Assembly (NCBI RefSeq): GCF_036321535.1
Contig: NC_087437.1
Coordinates: 90,956,001-91,020,000 of the forward strand
Reading direction: 5' to 3'
From: Camelus dromedarius
Taxonomy: Eukaryota
DNA: 64,000 nucleotides
The notes under the pieces are model-generated. The model had not been told where the DNA came from. It saw only the letters and a list, made by a program, of their open reading frames with translations, and ran no database searches. Positions within the stretch are counted from its first letter, which is position 1. Every line of letters starts with the position of its first letter. Both the position numbers and the translations under genes were made by a program. Below are positions 53,215-64,000 of the stretch, piece by piece.

Positions 53215-53335
53215 TGCACTCATTTATTTAATAGATATTTGTACAGTACCTGTCACATTTGCATTTCTCTAAGCCCTGTGAATTAATGACACGTAAGACC
53301 AAAAAGGATCTGCCTGCATAGAATTTATGTTCCAT
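53215..53335 (-). mobile_element. L2 3' end fragment, antisense
   Basis: 'cactcatttatttaatagatatttg...ctgcctgcatagaattta'. Confidence 0.5.
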
Positions 53336-54829
53336 GGTTTTCTCTCTCACCTCAAACCCCAAGTACTTTTATGTATTTCTGAACATCCTTGTTCCCTTTT
53401 TTCCTAATTTTATTTATTTATGTTTGTTTGATGTTTATTCATCTTTGTTCTCTTAAAGCTCATTTTCCAGTGGGTTTGTCCTGGTTTAACCTTGAGAACA
53501 CATATACACACACATACACACTGATTCAAATGTTCAGTTATACTCCTAGAAATCTGTCACTTTTTTCATTTGTTTTGAGTTAATTGCTGAGATAAAATAA
53601 GATAGCTGAAGGGAAAGAAAATAGATAAAAGTTTTACTTGATCTAATATTTGTGCCACTTAGTATTTTTTGAGTAATTCAAAGGTAGGAAACCTAAAGTC
53701 TATTTTATTTTCATTCTCTACCTGCTAATATTCCCACTGTATTTTTGTACTGATATTCATAAATGATTTAGCCTCTCCATTGCATAAGCAGTTTGGGTTT
53801 TAAAGTAGAGATAATATATATAAAGCATCTGAAAAAAATCACATTCATTTGCACCAATTATTTTAAATATCAAAAGCTCTGTGCTTAGATGAGCAATACC
53901 TGCCTCTTCAATCAGGATAGAACTTGACAGAAGTAGAATAAAAGTTTTAATGTTGATCTGTTGGCAGAAGGATGGAGGTGGTACTATTGAAATAAAATTT
54001 TAGTTTCAATTACTCAAGTTTTGCATTTGAATTGAAGGATGCATTGAAGCAAGAATATGGGTTTTTAAATGAGAAATAACATAAGCATAACTTTAGTATT
54101 TTTCCATCTCTGATAATTATCTAAATTTATAAACCAAGAGTACAAAATAGCATGGGGCTGCAGGCTCAGAGTCTAACATACTTTAAAATTTTAAAAATGT
54201 AAGTAAAATAGAGTAAGTGAGTACTGTGATAGACTTCAAAACAGTTTTATGTAGTCTTTATGGAATTCCAGGATCCTGAAGTTCTTTGGATTCCACACAC
54301 AGAAAAAAGTATTAATGAATTACTCAAAAATACTAAAAATAGAATAAAATGGGAATGTGTATTGAAGAATACCTCAAGCTCTCTGATTTAACTAAGATAC
54401 TAATTTTTCATAATTGTGTATTGTAATTAAAACTAAGTGTTTTAATTGTTTGAACTACGTACCAGAAGATATACACCGTCAGATTTTCATGTCCTTGGCA
54501 TGAAAGGGCTTTCAGATGCTCATATATTCTTGTGGAGGGGATTCAAACAGATCTAAAGAATAGTTGGAATGTTTACTTGTGAGCTTCAAATAAATTATGC
54601 CCTAAAATCTTTATACATTCATAAGAAAGTAAAAATTCAATAAGTGTATTCCCAATAATCTCTTAGGTCCCCCTTTTTCTAAAAGCTTGCAACTTGAATT
54701 CACTTTGGAAACATTTGTTATTCCAGTAAAACAATACAAAATAAAAACAATTGTATACCATTCCAAAATCCTCTTGTCCTACCATTTACCCTAGTCAATT
54801 GAATGGCGACAGTTTTATATAAGCTTTGC

Positions 54830-55278
54830 CCAGTTTACTGCAAGTAAAATTGGACAGTACCTTATTTCAACCAAGCCACTTTCTCTTTTGGACTGCTCTG
54901 ATCTAAGAATGGGATGCCAAAAGACTCTGCCCTACACACATGTATTCACTCAACAGCCAGAAAAGGAAGGTCAGTTAACTCCTGGAGAGGTGTTAACACT
55001 CTTGATGAGTGGACATTTGGGGCCAATGGATAAATGTTTCCTTTTTCATTCTTAGAGTAGACGGTTGTAAAATACTTTTTATGAAACTGCTTATAAGACT
55101 TGGGCAGACTGAAAATAATTCACCCACAAGAATGCAAACTCAGTATAACCTCTTTTACTTTCTCTCCATCTCTGTTTCCTTCCCCTGCCCTATATCCCTG
55201 CTGCCTAGCTTAACATTCCCAAATAAACCACTGCAGATAAGTATTTTTCCTACTTTCTGGGAACTCAGACTAAGAAAA
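54830..55278 (+). mobile_element. LTR16-family (ERV-L) solo LTR
   Basis: 'ggccaatggataaatgtttcc' and 'ttcccaaataaaccactgca', ending 'tttctgggaactcagactaaga', which resembles the LTR16 end GGAACCCAAACTAAGACA. Confidence 0.7.
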
Positions 55279-55690
55279 CAACCTCATTAATGGAATTATT
55301 AGTTATGTATAAGTAAAGAGAACATTTGCTGCTTCAAAAAAATAAGCACCAAGAAAGTAAATGATGCCTTAGGACACTCTGGGTTACTTTAGGAGAAAAA
55401 TATTATATATGTGAAGATGTGTACAGTGGACAAATCAGGGCACATAAATACTGTCGGTTTCTCTGGACTGAAATGACCTTTTCTGATTGCAGATGACTGA
55501 TAATATGTTTATTTATGTAATGTTTAATAATTTTGATAGGAATGGTGAGGGCCATAATTTCATGAGCTATTTTAGACCACTAGGGTCAAAGACAAGGCAG
55601 CAATATAACATAGGTGAAAATGTTTGGCAGAAAATTATTAACTCCTTTTATTTTGCCATTCTCTATCTGGGCCATAGCAAGGCTGTAGAA

Positions 55691-55802
55691 CTATGCTGTT
55701 CAGTTTGGTAGCCACTAGCCACATGAACCTGTCAAGCACTTGAACCATACAATAGTGAGCCCAAATTGAGACATGCTCTGAGTGTAAAATTACAGTCAGA
55801 TA
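55691..55802. mobile_element. MER33 (hAT-Charlie) fragment
   Basis: 'ggtagccactagccacatg...aagcacttgaa...aattgagacatgctctgagtgtaaaat'. Confidence 0.7.
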
Positions 55803-56599
55803 TTAGTGAATCCAGTTGAAGGGCTTTTTTTTTTTTTTAACTTCCTTATAGGTGAAACTTTTTTTCAAATAAAAATGTTGAAATATTTTTTAAATGCTAA
55901 AAATTAAATAAATAAGGAAAGGAAAATAGAAAAGTAAAATCGGTGACATACATTAGATAAGAAAATTGTAAAAAGACTACATGAAGACCACTGAGAAGAA
56001 CACAGTGGAACAGCTGAGGAATATTGTGGTCTCTCTTAGGTTTTTATCACTTGTGTTTTTATTATAAAATTCTATATTGATACATTTACTATAAACCAAA
56101 TAAACAGAAACCATGACATTTAAATTCCTGAATTTTATTTATTGAAAATACTTGTGTGGTAACTGAAGTGTTAATTAATATCAAATCTATTTTCATAGTT
56201 TGCAAAAATGAGATCTACATTTTCTAGATATATATCCATTAAAACAAAAAAGTTACTTGCCTCACAATTAATCACTTCTTCATTATTAACATTTATATTT
56301 TAAATATAGTATTTGAGCATGAGTAGATTTACATGCTAATAAACTTTTCATTTATTAAGTCGCCAGAAAAACACTAAGGTACAAACCAAAATCATTTAAA
56401 TGTCATTAGAGAATAAATTTTTCAAGGTTTCATGGGAGATGCTTAATAATTACTTTGTAATGTTTCTTGATTTATTTCTATTAAATAATATATACCATTC
56501 TTTTTTTTATTTGTTCGATTTAGAAAATAAGAAATTTAAGTTTAATTATATTATCACTTTTTTTTTACTATTTCAGTCCCTCTCAATTTTGATTTTTTT

Positions 56600-57640
56600 A
56601 TAAATCTAAGAAAAACACATATATTTCACATATATAAAGTATACAGTGATGGTAGTATATAATAATACATTTTAAAAACAATAGTCCATAAGATACTAGA
56701 AAAAGTAATAATAATAATAATGTCAAAAGAACTCTTCTTTGTAGGAGAATGTTGGCTAATGGATAAAGAAATAATGGAATAATGAATTATGAAATGCCAG
56801 CATACATTCTGCATATAATATAGAATGAGAAACATTTCTTATCTCTTTAGTCACTCATTTTCCCAATACCAACTTAATAACCCCTCCACAGGTAATCTTT
56901 CTTAGCTATTATTTTTTCAATATTCCTCATGAGTTTATAAACATAAGTTTATATAAGCAAATATTAATGCAATATATTTTCTCCTTTTTGCACAAAATAT
57001 ATCATTATATATGTATGTAATATGTAAGGCTTGATAAAATGTCTTCACATTTAGTACTGTCTTCTGTCATTCAGTTTCTTATTCAGAGATTTCCAACAAT
57101 TTGTTTATTTTTATATATGGACATTAATATCAAATTTTTCAATTCTAGAAAAATCTGTTGGTGAGGATATTAAATTTTTAAGTGCTCTTTGGGAGAGAAA
57201 ATATATACATTCTGTCTTGAATTTACTGAATGGAAGGGATCTGGATTTCTTTTATTTGTTCAAGATTTCTGTATGTGTTTGGGGGTGGGTATTTGTTTTC
57301 TACATGACTGCCTTAAAGTTTTCTTTGTATAGATTTCAAATTTATTGTTAATTTTATTTTAAATATGTTGTCTTCTGTTGTGGTTATGAAAGGTATATTT
57401 TTATTCACTATATTTTGAAATATATAAAAACTATATTTTCTATGAAATAATTATTTATCTCTCTTATTTTTAATATGATTGCTTTTCTTTTATTTTCCAA
57501 AGATTTAATTACAATTTTTGAAAACAGTGATTTATTTACCTTCATTTTTTCTAGTATCTATGCTTCCAATGTTTTTCTCTTAATAATTCTCTTATCAGTA
57601 AAAATTTACGAATGTTGTTAAATGCTTTTTTAGCATCTGG
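56600..57640 (-). mobile_element. Old L1ME-like fragments, antisense
   Basis: T-rich antisense L1 motifs ending 'gttaaatgcttttttagcatct'. Confidence 0.5.
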
Positions 57641-58174
57641 GTAGAAAATTACTAGTAGCAGGCCTATACACTCTCTCTCTCTGCCAAGACACCGAGAGGT
57701 ATAAATTATCTCAAACAAATATACTTATAAACCAGCTAGTGACCACTGCAAAGATCTGATGAACTTTTTTAATAAAATGTTTTTAGTAGGACAGGTTTAT
57801 CCAGATTGGTTCTTGTAAATAAACCTGGAATATATAGATTTATGGAGTATGGTTGGTTTGAAAATCATGTAAGCTGTGAAATTAATGGAATGTAAAATGG
57901 AGAATTCCCTAAACCAAAGTGGCTCCTTTTGTGTGGTTAGTGTCTCCACATACATTGTTCAATAAAATCTTGTCTGTTAAATCTGAACTAAATTGCTTCC
58001 TCATGGGAAGAAAAGTTGCATTTTATGGAACTATATCTGATGGTCTTAGATTTTTGCAAAAAGGAGGTGTTTTTAACTCCTGGGCATAGCAATTGTTTGT
58101 AGCCTTTGAAATATCAGAAAATGTGGTGCAATTTGTGTAGTTCATTTGTCAATTCAATGCTTTCTGTTATAATA

Positions 58175-59980
58175 GCTTCTATGAGAATGATTATACAGTT
58201 TGTCTCTATGCATCTTCCATAAGGACACATTATATTGATAGATTTCCTAGTATTGAACCATGCTTTCATTCTAAGAATAATCCACATCTCTCACAATACA
58301 TTATATTTTTAATGTGCTATTAAATTTCTTTCCTATACTTAGGAATTCCAAAAAATCTATTCATTAGTGATTTGATGTGTAGTTTTTTTTGTGTGTCTAA
58401 TCTTTGTGAGGTATAAAAACAATGATTTATGAAAAATGTTTCTTGCAAACCATTTGACAATTTTTTTTTATCTTTTCTTAACCATTTAAATAGCAATACA
58501 AGTTTCTAACAGAAAAGGATGTATAGTATTGTTCTGCGAATCTGTCTGGGCCTGATGATTTTGTGGGGATTGTATGTTCTTCCACAACTTTTTCAATTCT
58601 GCTACAAAAATTGATATGTGTAACTCTTCTATCTCTTATGTGGTATATTTTGATAAATTATTGCCCTAAATATTCAGAAAGAAGTAAATTTGCAGAGTTG
58701 TGAAAAAAAGATTTAAAAATTTTTCTCATGGATTATTTCCCCCATATTATTTGTGATTTTTATGCTTGTTCGCCTTTTTCTTCATTAGGGTGACTAGTGG
58801 ATGATCACATTATTTTTACATATTGTATATTATATATATATTTATAACATTTATATATACATCTCTTCCACAGATCAGCTTTTGTTTGTATATCGTAGTT
58901 TTGAATTTTTCTATAATGTATATTAGTAGTTATTCTTCTTACAGCTATTTTTTCATTTTGCTTGCTTAAATTATGTATTTTTTAATTTTTGAGTTGGATA
59001 ATTTTTTGTTTTTGGTCTTTATTTATGATTTATGTAAATGTTTACAGTTATGCTTTTCCTATGTTTCCTGTACTATTTTTTCTCTCTTGTGCTCTGTCCA
59101 GTTCAACTTTGTTAGTGATTTTCTTGATCCTCCTTCATTGAGTGCTTCATATATTTCATTTTCTTCTGTATTTATTCTTATTATAATCCTCTCTTCTGTA
59201 AATTTGATGTTTCTGAATTATGGTCTCAATGTTACAGGAATGAGAACTTTATTGAGTTTTATTTATTTTGTTTGGTACTTTACTTAACTGTAAATGTTTG
59301 AGTAATTTGCTGCTTCTCAACAGTTTTCTAGTAAATGATCTTCATCTGAGGGTAAGATTTGATGCTCATTCACACTCACATAGTTTTTCTCACAATACTT
59401 TTGTTGACTATATCCACATTACTTTTTTCTTATCCATAATTAAATAAGAACAAATTTCAGAAAGTAGTAATAGTCAGGAGTTTTTTGTCTTTGTATCTTT
59501 GTGTGGAAGGCACAGTGGCTTTGCTCGTTACTTCTTTGCTTCCACAGGTAGATTTACATTCTCTCTGTGTTTCTTTGGCAAACCCCCAATTTTGCTTTTT
59601 TGTAGTAAATCTGGTGCAAAAGTGCCTCTGGCATCAACTGTGCCCCTTCCGGTTTCTGCATTCATTACTGCAAATGACAGACCTGTTTTGCACTGTGGGG
59701 TGAGGTCCTCACCTTCAGGAAGTATTCATTTCCTGGTACTTTGTAAGATGTGATACAGGCAGGCTCTCTCAGCTGCTTCTTTATTTCACTTCTTTCCTCA
59801 AGACTTCTGCCAGATCTTGTTTTGCATAATCTTTATGCTTATTTTGGAATCTGAGGGGTTTTTTTTAATGTTGTCTTCTTATTTTGTTTTTCTTAATTGA
59901 TTTCTCAGAGGATTTTTTTTTTATTTTTGTTTTTCTTGTTCTCTTTGTTGTTTTTTTTTTTTTTGTATTTTCTAGGAGAA
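58175..59980 (-). mobile_element. Continuation of old L1ME-like element, antisense
   Basis: 'tattgatagatttcctagtattgaaccatgctttcattc' and 'tctgtctgggcctgatgatt' continue the L1 consensus from 57640. Confidence 0.55.
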
Positions 59981-60225
59981 TAAGGAGAAAGATGTTGAAC
60001 TAAGCAAACATGTTTCTATCAAATTTTTGAAATAATTAGAACATGTATAATACTTTAAAAAGTAACCAGAGATAAAACTCTTTTTCTCCAATGTGAACTT
60101 AAAGATTGAAAAGAACACTCTTCAAAGCAGAAAAATGTTTTTCATGGATTGTTTAATTTTATCAGACACTAGTAATAATTTTTTTTTTAAGTTGACACCT
60201 GAATTTAAAAATAAAGACCCACAGA

Positions 60226-60372
60226 GGGCAGGGTATAGCTCAGTGGTAGAGTGTATGCTTAGCATGCACGAGGTCCTGGGTTCAATCCACAGTACCTCCA
60301 TTAATCAATTAATTAATTAATTAGTGTAATTACCTCTCCCCCCAAAAAAGACACTGTCAAAAAAATAATTAG
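60226..60372 (+). mobile_element. tRNA-Ala(AGC)-derived camelid SINE (vic-1 type) with 19-bp TSD
   Basis: Head 'gggtatagctcagtggtagagtgtatgcttagcatgcacgaggtcctgggttcaatccacagtacctcca' carries A and B boxes and an AGC anticodon, followed by an AT-rich linker, 'taattacctctcccccc' and an A-rich tail. TSDs aaaaataaagacccacaga (60207-60225) and aaaaatatagaaccacaga (60373-60391) differ at 2 positions. Confidence 0.92.
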
Positions 60373-61442
60373 AAAAATATAGAACCACAGATGAATCATT
60401 CCACCAGAGGCAATACATGTTACTCTGTTTTTATGTACCATGGTCGTAAAATTCTGAAGGAAAATGTATGATTTGAAATTAAGGAATAAATTCTACTCTA
60501 GATCAGCATGAGGTAAAACTAAAGACCTGTATGTTCTTTTTTCAGGAATTATGTATTATTGTTCCTTTTTTAAGTGGGGAAAATACATTGTTTTGTTTGC
60601 AGAATTTGTTTTTTATGAATTATATTAGGTGCACCCTTGCTAAGCATGAGGAATACCGGCCTTTGGCAAATTCCACTCTAGATTGTTTGAGTTCCTGGTA
60701 TTTTATTTCATACCTCAACTTTGTGAGCTAATGAGTATTTCCAGTGCCTTTACAACCAGAGTTGCAATCATAAGTAGAACTATTTATTTATTTACTCACT
60801 TACTTACGTATTTGCTTAAACCTTTTGGCATGGATAGGAAATAGTCCCTGGACATTCCTGCTCAGTTTGGGGGTTTAATGACAAAATAAATCTTTATGCA
60901 ATAATGCTATAGAAGGAATCTTTGGGTGGTATAAAGAGCAACATATATCACAGTGTAGAAGACAATATAGGGCCACATGGGTCAAATTGAGTTCTTCTAT
61001 GTACATGTTTGAGCTTTGTTTTTAGTTTACTTAAGTCAAAAATCTCATTCTTCTTCTGGCAATTACAACTAAATTAAAGAGCTGAATGAAAGATAGGAAA
61101 GCAGCTGAAAACTAGATTTGGATTGGTCTGTGTTGTAAGTGTGCACCATAAAGATTATGGAAAAGTGAATGTGTGAATCATAATCATTAAACCTAGTTTA
61201 CTATATTTGATAGTGTTGTAAAATATTGTGACCATTTTGCACGATCAGTTTACTGAGCAATGGTCAATCATTAAATCAGAGTCGGCCTTCATATTTTTCC
61301 ACCATAGGAAGCAGCAGCTGGCCATCAAAATGTGATAGTATTTGTTTTGGAAAGAATGGCATTCCATGATGACAATAACAATGACAATAGTGACGGACAA
61401 ATCTAAAACCGCTGACTCAGGTGAGCAAATTGGTGAAGTCAT

Positions 61443-61804
61443 TGTTGACCAAAATAAATAAATTGCCAGTTAATTTCTCTAACAAATAGTAGTTAATTGG
61501 GGATCAGCAGAGAATTGCAATTCAGGGTCTGTGGAGAGCCACATGCAAGTCCCTGCACAGCAAGGGAAGGAGAATGCTTTTATGGAGAGGAAAGGGAAGC
61601 TGGGAGAGTTAGAGTCAGTGGATCCATGTTTTTTCACTGCCAGAGTTGTTGAAAGAAGAGGATTCTTCTTCCTGTTGAGATCTGCCGCCATGTTCACAGG
61701 GTGGAAGAGCTCCCCTGTCTGATCTCCTGACCATATTCAATTAAGGTTTTCAGACGATATTCAATTAATGTTTCTGTTGTTTTTTTTATTTTTATTTTTT
61801 TACA
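61443..61804 (-). mobile_element. ERV1-like solo LTR (lineage-specific, family not identified)
   Basis: TG...CA termini (tgttgacc...tttttaca), a minus-strand TATA-like 'ataaaagc' near 61575-61582 and a length of about 360 bp. No clean TSD is visible. Confidence 0.6.
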
Positions 61805-62707
61805 TGGTAAAGATCATGAAATCTTGATAAAGCAAAAAACACTGGGCCTTGGGGAGCAGAGTTAGGTAGCTGTGCTACCTCAGGCAGATCTGCTCTGTGT
61901 GCATGGGGTTGTCATTCCTTAGAGTAGAAAGTTAACATCAACCCAGTTCTAAAAGAGGCATTAGTAAACAAATGCAAAGGAAGGGAGGATGAGAGGGAGA
62001 GAGAGAGGGAGAGACAGAGAGACTTGGTTTTTGGGTGGTTTAACTTAGAGGTCTAGGGAAATTTCAGATCCACTTTACTCAAGGTCAGCTTCTTGGAATG
62101 GGACACTTGTTACTGTACCTTTCAAGGCTTAAGAGCCTTTTTGTTTAAGAACATTTGGGAAGAACAGGTAAAGGAATGTTTTCTGCATCTCTTCCAGGAG
62201 AATCAACCTTTATTAAAAAGGAGTGTTCTGAGAGTTCCCTGGATATAGAGAGTTTTAAGAAATTAAAAAAAACAATAAAATATTTAAGGGAATGTCTCCC
62301 AGATACGTGCTTTTTTTGTTGAGGTGCTTGAGACAGGACAGTTTGGAAGGCAAGAACAAGTTCTCAAATTTGTAGCAAGTTGGCAAATACAGTGAAGGAA
62401 AAGGACACATTCGAATATTTGAGCAATAAACATTTATCACATGTAATTTACTGTGGAAGTACTGTGACTTCAAGTATTTATAATATATATCTGACCTTGT
62501 GCTATTTATCTAGAAAGAGACCCAGGACTTACACACAAAAAGCCAATAAAAATCCAAAATACCTGAGCCATCTGCCAAGCTATCAATTCCTGAGATCAGG
62601 CCTCTGATATTTTGTTGCTGTGAGAAGTGAGTTGTTCCAGACTATTCAGGAAAAAGAATTGGTAACAGCAGCAAGAAAGCCAAGAGGATTCTCAGCAGCA
62701 GAAGAGG

Positions 62708-62709
62708 GT

Positions 62710-62741
<32 letters not shown>
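62708..62741. repeat. (TG)n microsatellite
   Basis: Nearly perfect TG run. Confidence 0.92.
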
Positions 62742-62742
<1 letters not shown>

Positions 62743-63574
62743 CAGATGAGTTACAGAGTTTGGTTTTATTAGAGCACAAATTAATTTATTAAGAGAAATT
62801 TTAAAGGATTGGGCTTAGAGAGGATGTTGCCAAACAGAATCCATCCAGTATTCTAGCAACAGGCAGTTCGTGAGTATGTGTGTTGAAGGAGAGTAACTTT
62901 GATATTAGGAAGTCCCAATGTTGTCTAAGAGAATAGCTAGTGACTGAAAGCAACTGTTTCTCTTTGCATGAACAGAAAACCTTCCCTCTGGAAACAGCAC
63001 ACTTTGCTATGTAAGAAAACACTTATTTATAAAAACAAATTTGAATTTATATAAGGAATATGCTAAACATTCTGCACAACCGGATATAACCAATATGCAC
63101 AACCAATGTGTGAGATTATCATTGTAGTCATTTTTGAAAATTGACACCATGAATCTGTTAATTTCTGGGAAAATAACTATGGCTAAATATAATCCATTAC
63201 TTTTAAAAATCTTATAGGTATGGTAAATATAACAGTAATTACACATACTTCACTTTCTTTCATATGCTTGTTTATGCCTTAAAACTAAGGCACTTAGTAT
63301 TTGAAAACTAATTTGCTATTAGCTATTATTTTTAAGGGGGAAATCTTTGGTAGTATTTTAATATTTTATTTTCAGGCTCTAAAAGAAATAGATGCTTCTA
63401 GTCAAATTTGAAAATAGAAATTAATCAGCCATAATCCCATCCTACCAATTCAAAGATAATTTATAACTCTTAGCATTCTGATGCCAATAACTTTTAATGG
63501 GATTAGCAATGGTGTGTTGAAGCTGGCTAAACCACTTTGAAACTTATTTTTAGTTTTATTTACTTTTTTCTCAC

Positions 63575-63626
63575 CTTTTCCTTTTTTTTTCTTCTTTCTT
63601 TCTTTCCTTCCTTCCTTCCTTCCTTT
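63575..63626. repeat. (TTTC)/(TTCC)n simple repeat
   Basis: Directly visible. Confidence 0.88.
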
Positions 63627-63779
63627 TAAAGAAATTCTGGAGTGTTGAGCTATTTCATTTTATATTTTCTATTTTATCTAACCATTGATTTCCTATTGAT
63701 AATATTGCAATGAATTATTAGTCTGGTAATGTTGACTTTTAGCACAGCCATAGTATCATTTGTATAATAAACACAATGC

Positions 63780-63930
63780 CGTTTGGGTCTGTTTCCTCAG
63801 GGAAAAAAATAGGGCAAGGGACTTAATAATACCTACCTATCTTGCATGGATTATTCTAATCCTTCAGGAATCTAATGCCATCTAATTTGATAATGAAATA
63901 ATATATACTCCACTGTGCCTTAAAAATGTA
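63780..63930 (+). mobile_element. MIR SINE fragment
   Basis: 'tctgtttcctca...aataatacctacct...ggattatt...aatgaaataatatat'. Confidence 0.55.
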
Positions 63931-64000
63931 GCACCCAAAGTTCAGTTTTTCTTCTTTCTTTGTTTAGACATGCTAGGCAAGCATTGGTGAAAAATAACAA

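Noticed and set aside
60229..60300. Functional tRNA-Ala(AGC) gene
   Set aside because: It has a SINE tail and TSDs, no Pol III T-run terminator directly after the body, and stem-disrupting substitutions.
1..64000. ORF-track ORFs as host protein-coding genes
   Set aside because: All are 111 aa or shorter, many use non-ATG starts, and they are low-complexity or lie inside repeats. The only protein-like ones are decayed L1 ORF2, the L1/Tx1-like relic or ERV-L fragments.
1..64000. Prokaryotic-style system (operon, CRISPR array, defence island)
   Set aside because: The sequence is mammalian repeat-rich DNA, with no gene-dense region and no regularly spaced repeat-spacer array.

Overview
AT-rich, CpG-depleted mammalian non-coding DNA (intergenic or deep intronic), most likely from a camelid. 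A tRNA-Ala(AGC)-derived vic-1-type SINE with target-site duplications sits at about 60.2 kb, and I saw no ruminant or pig SINEs. I can support no intact protein-coding gene, real tRNA, rRNA or CRISPR array; the ORFs in the track are spurious or decayed L1/ERV frames. The window is a mosaic of decayed transposable elements: many L1 pieces of different ages, L2, MIR, ERV-L/MaLR LTRs (MLT2, LTR16, LTR33, MLT1), an ERV1-like LTR, hAT and Tigger DNA transposons (MER20, MER20B, MER53, MER94, MER5, MER33, MER2-like) and microsatellites. Family names come from recalled consensus motifs, not a database search, and most boundaries are approximate. The items most worth a second look are a short fossil L1-clade ORF2 that looks non-mammalian (about 6.07-6.41 kb), an ERV-L integrase/dUTPase/3'-LTR remnant (about 8.1-9.4 kb), an unexplained GC-rich insert with a perfect 15-bp hairpin (about 20.9-21.4 kb), an unidentified insert of about 530 bp that splits an old L1 (about 57.6-58.2 kb), and a few candidate small exons. 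I found no convincing novel multi-component biological system.
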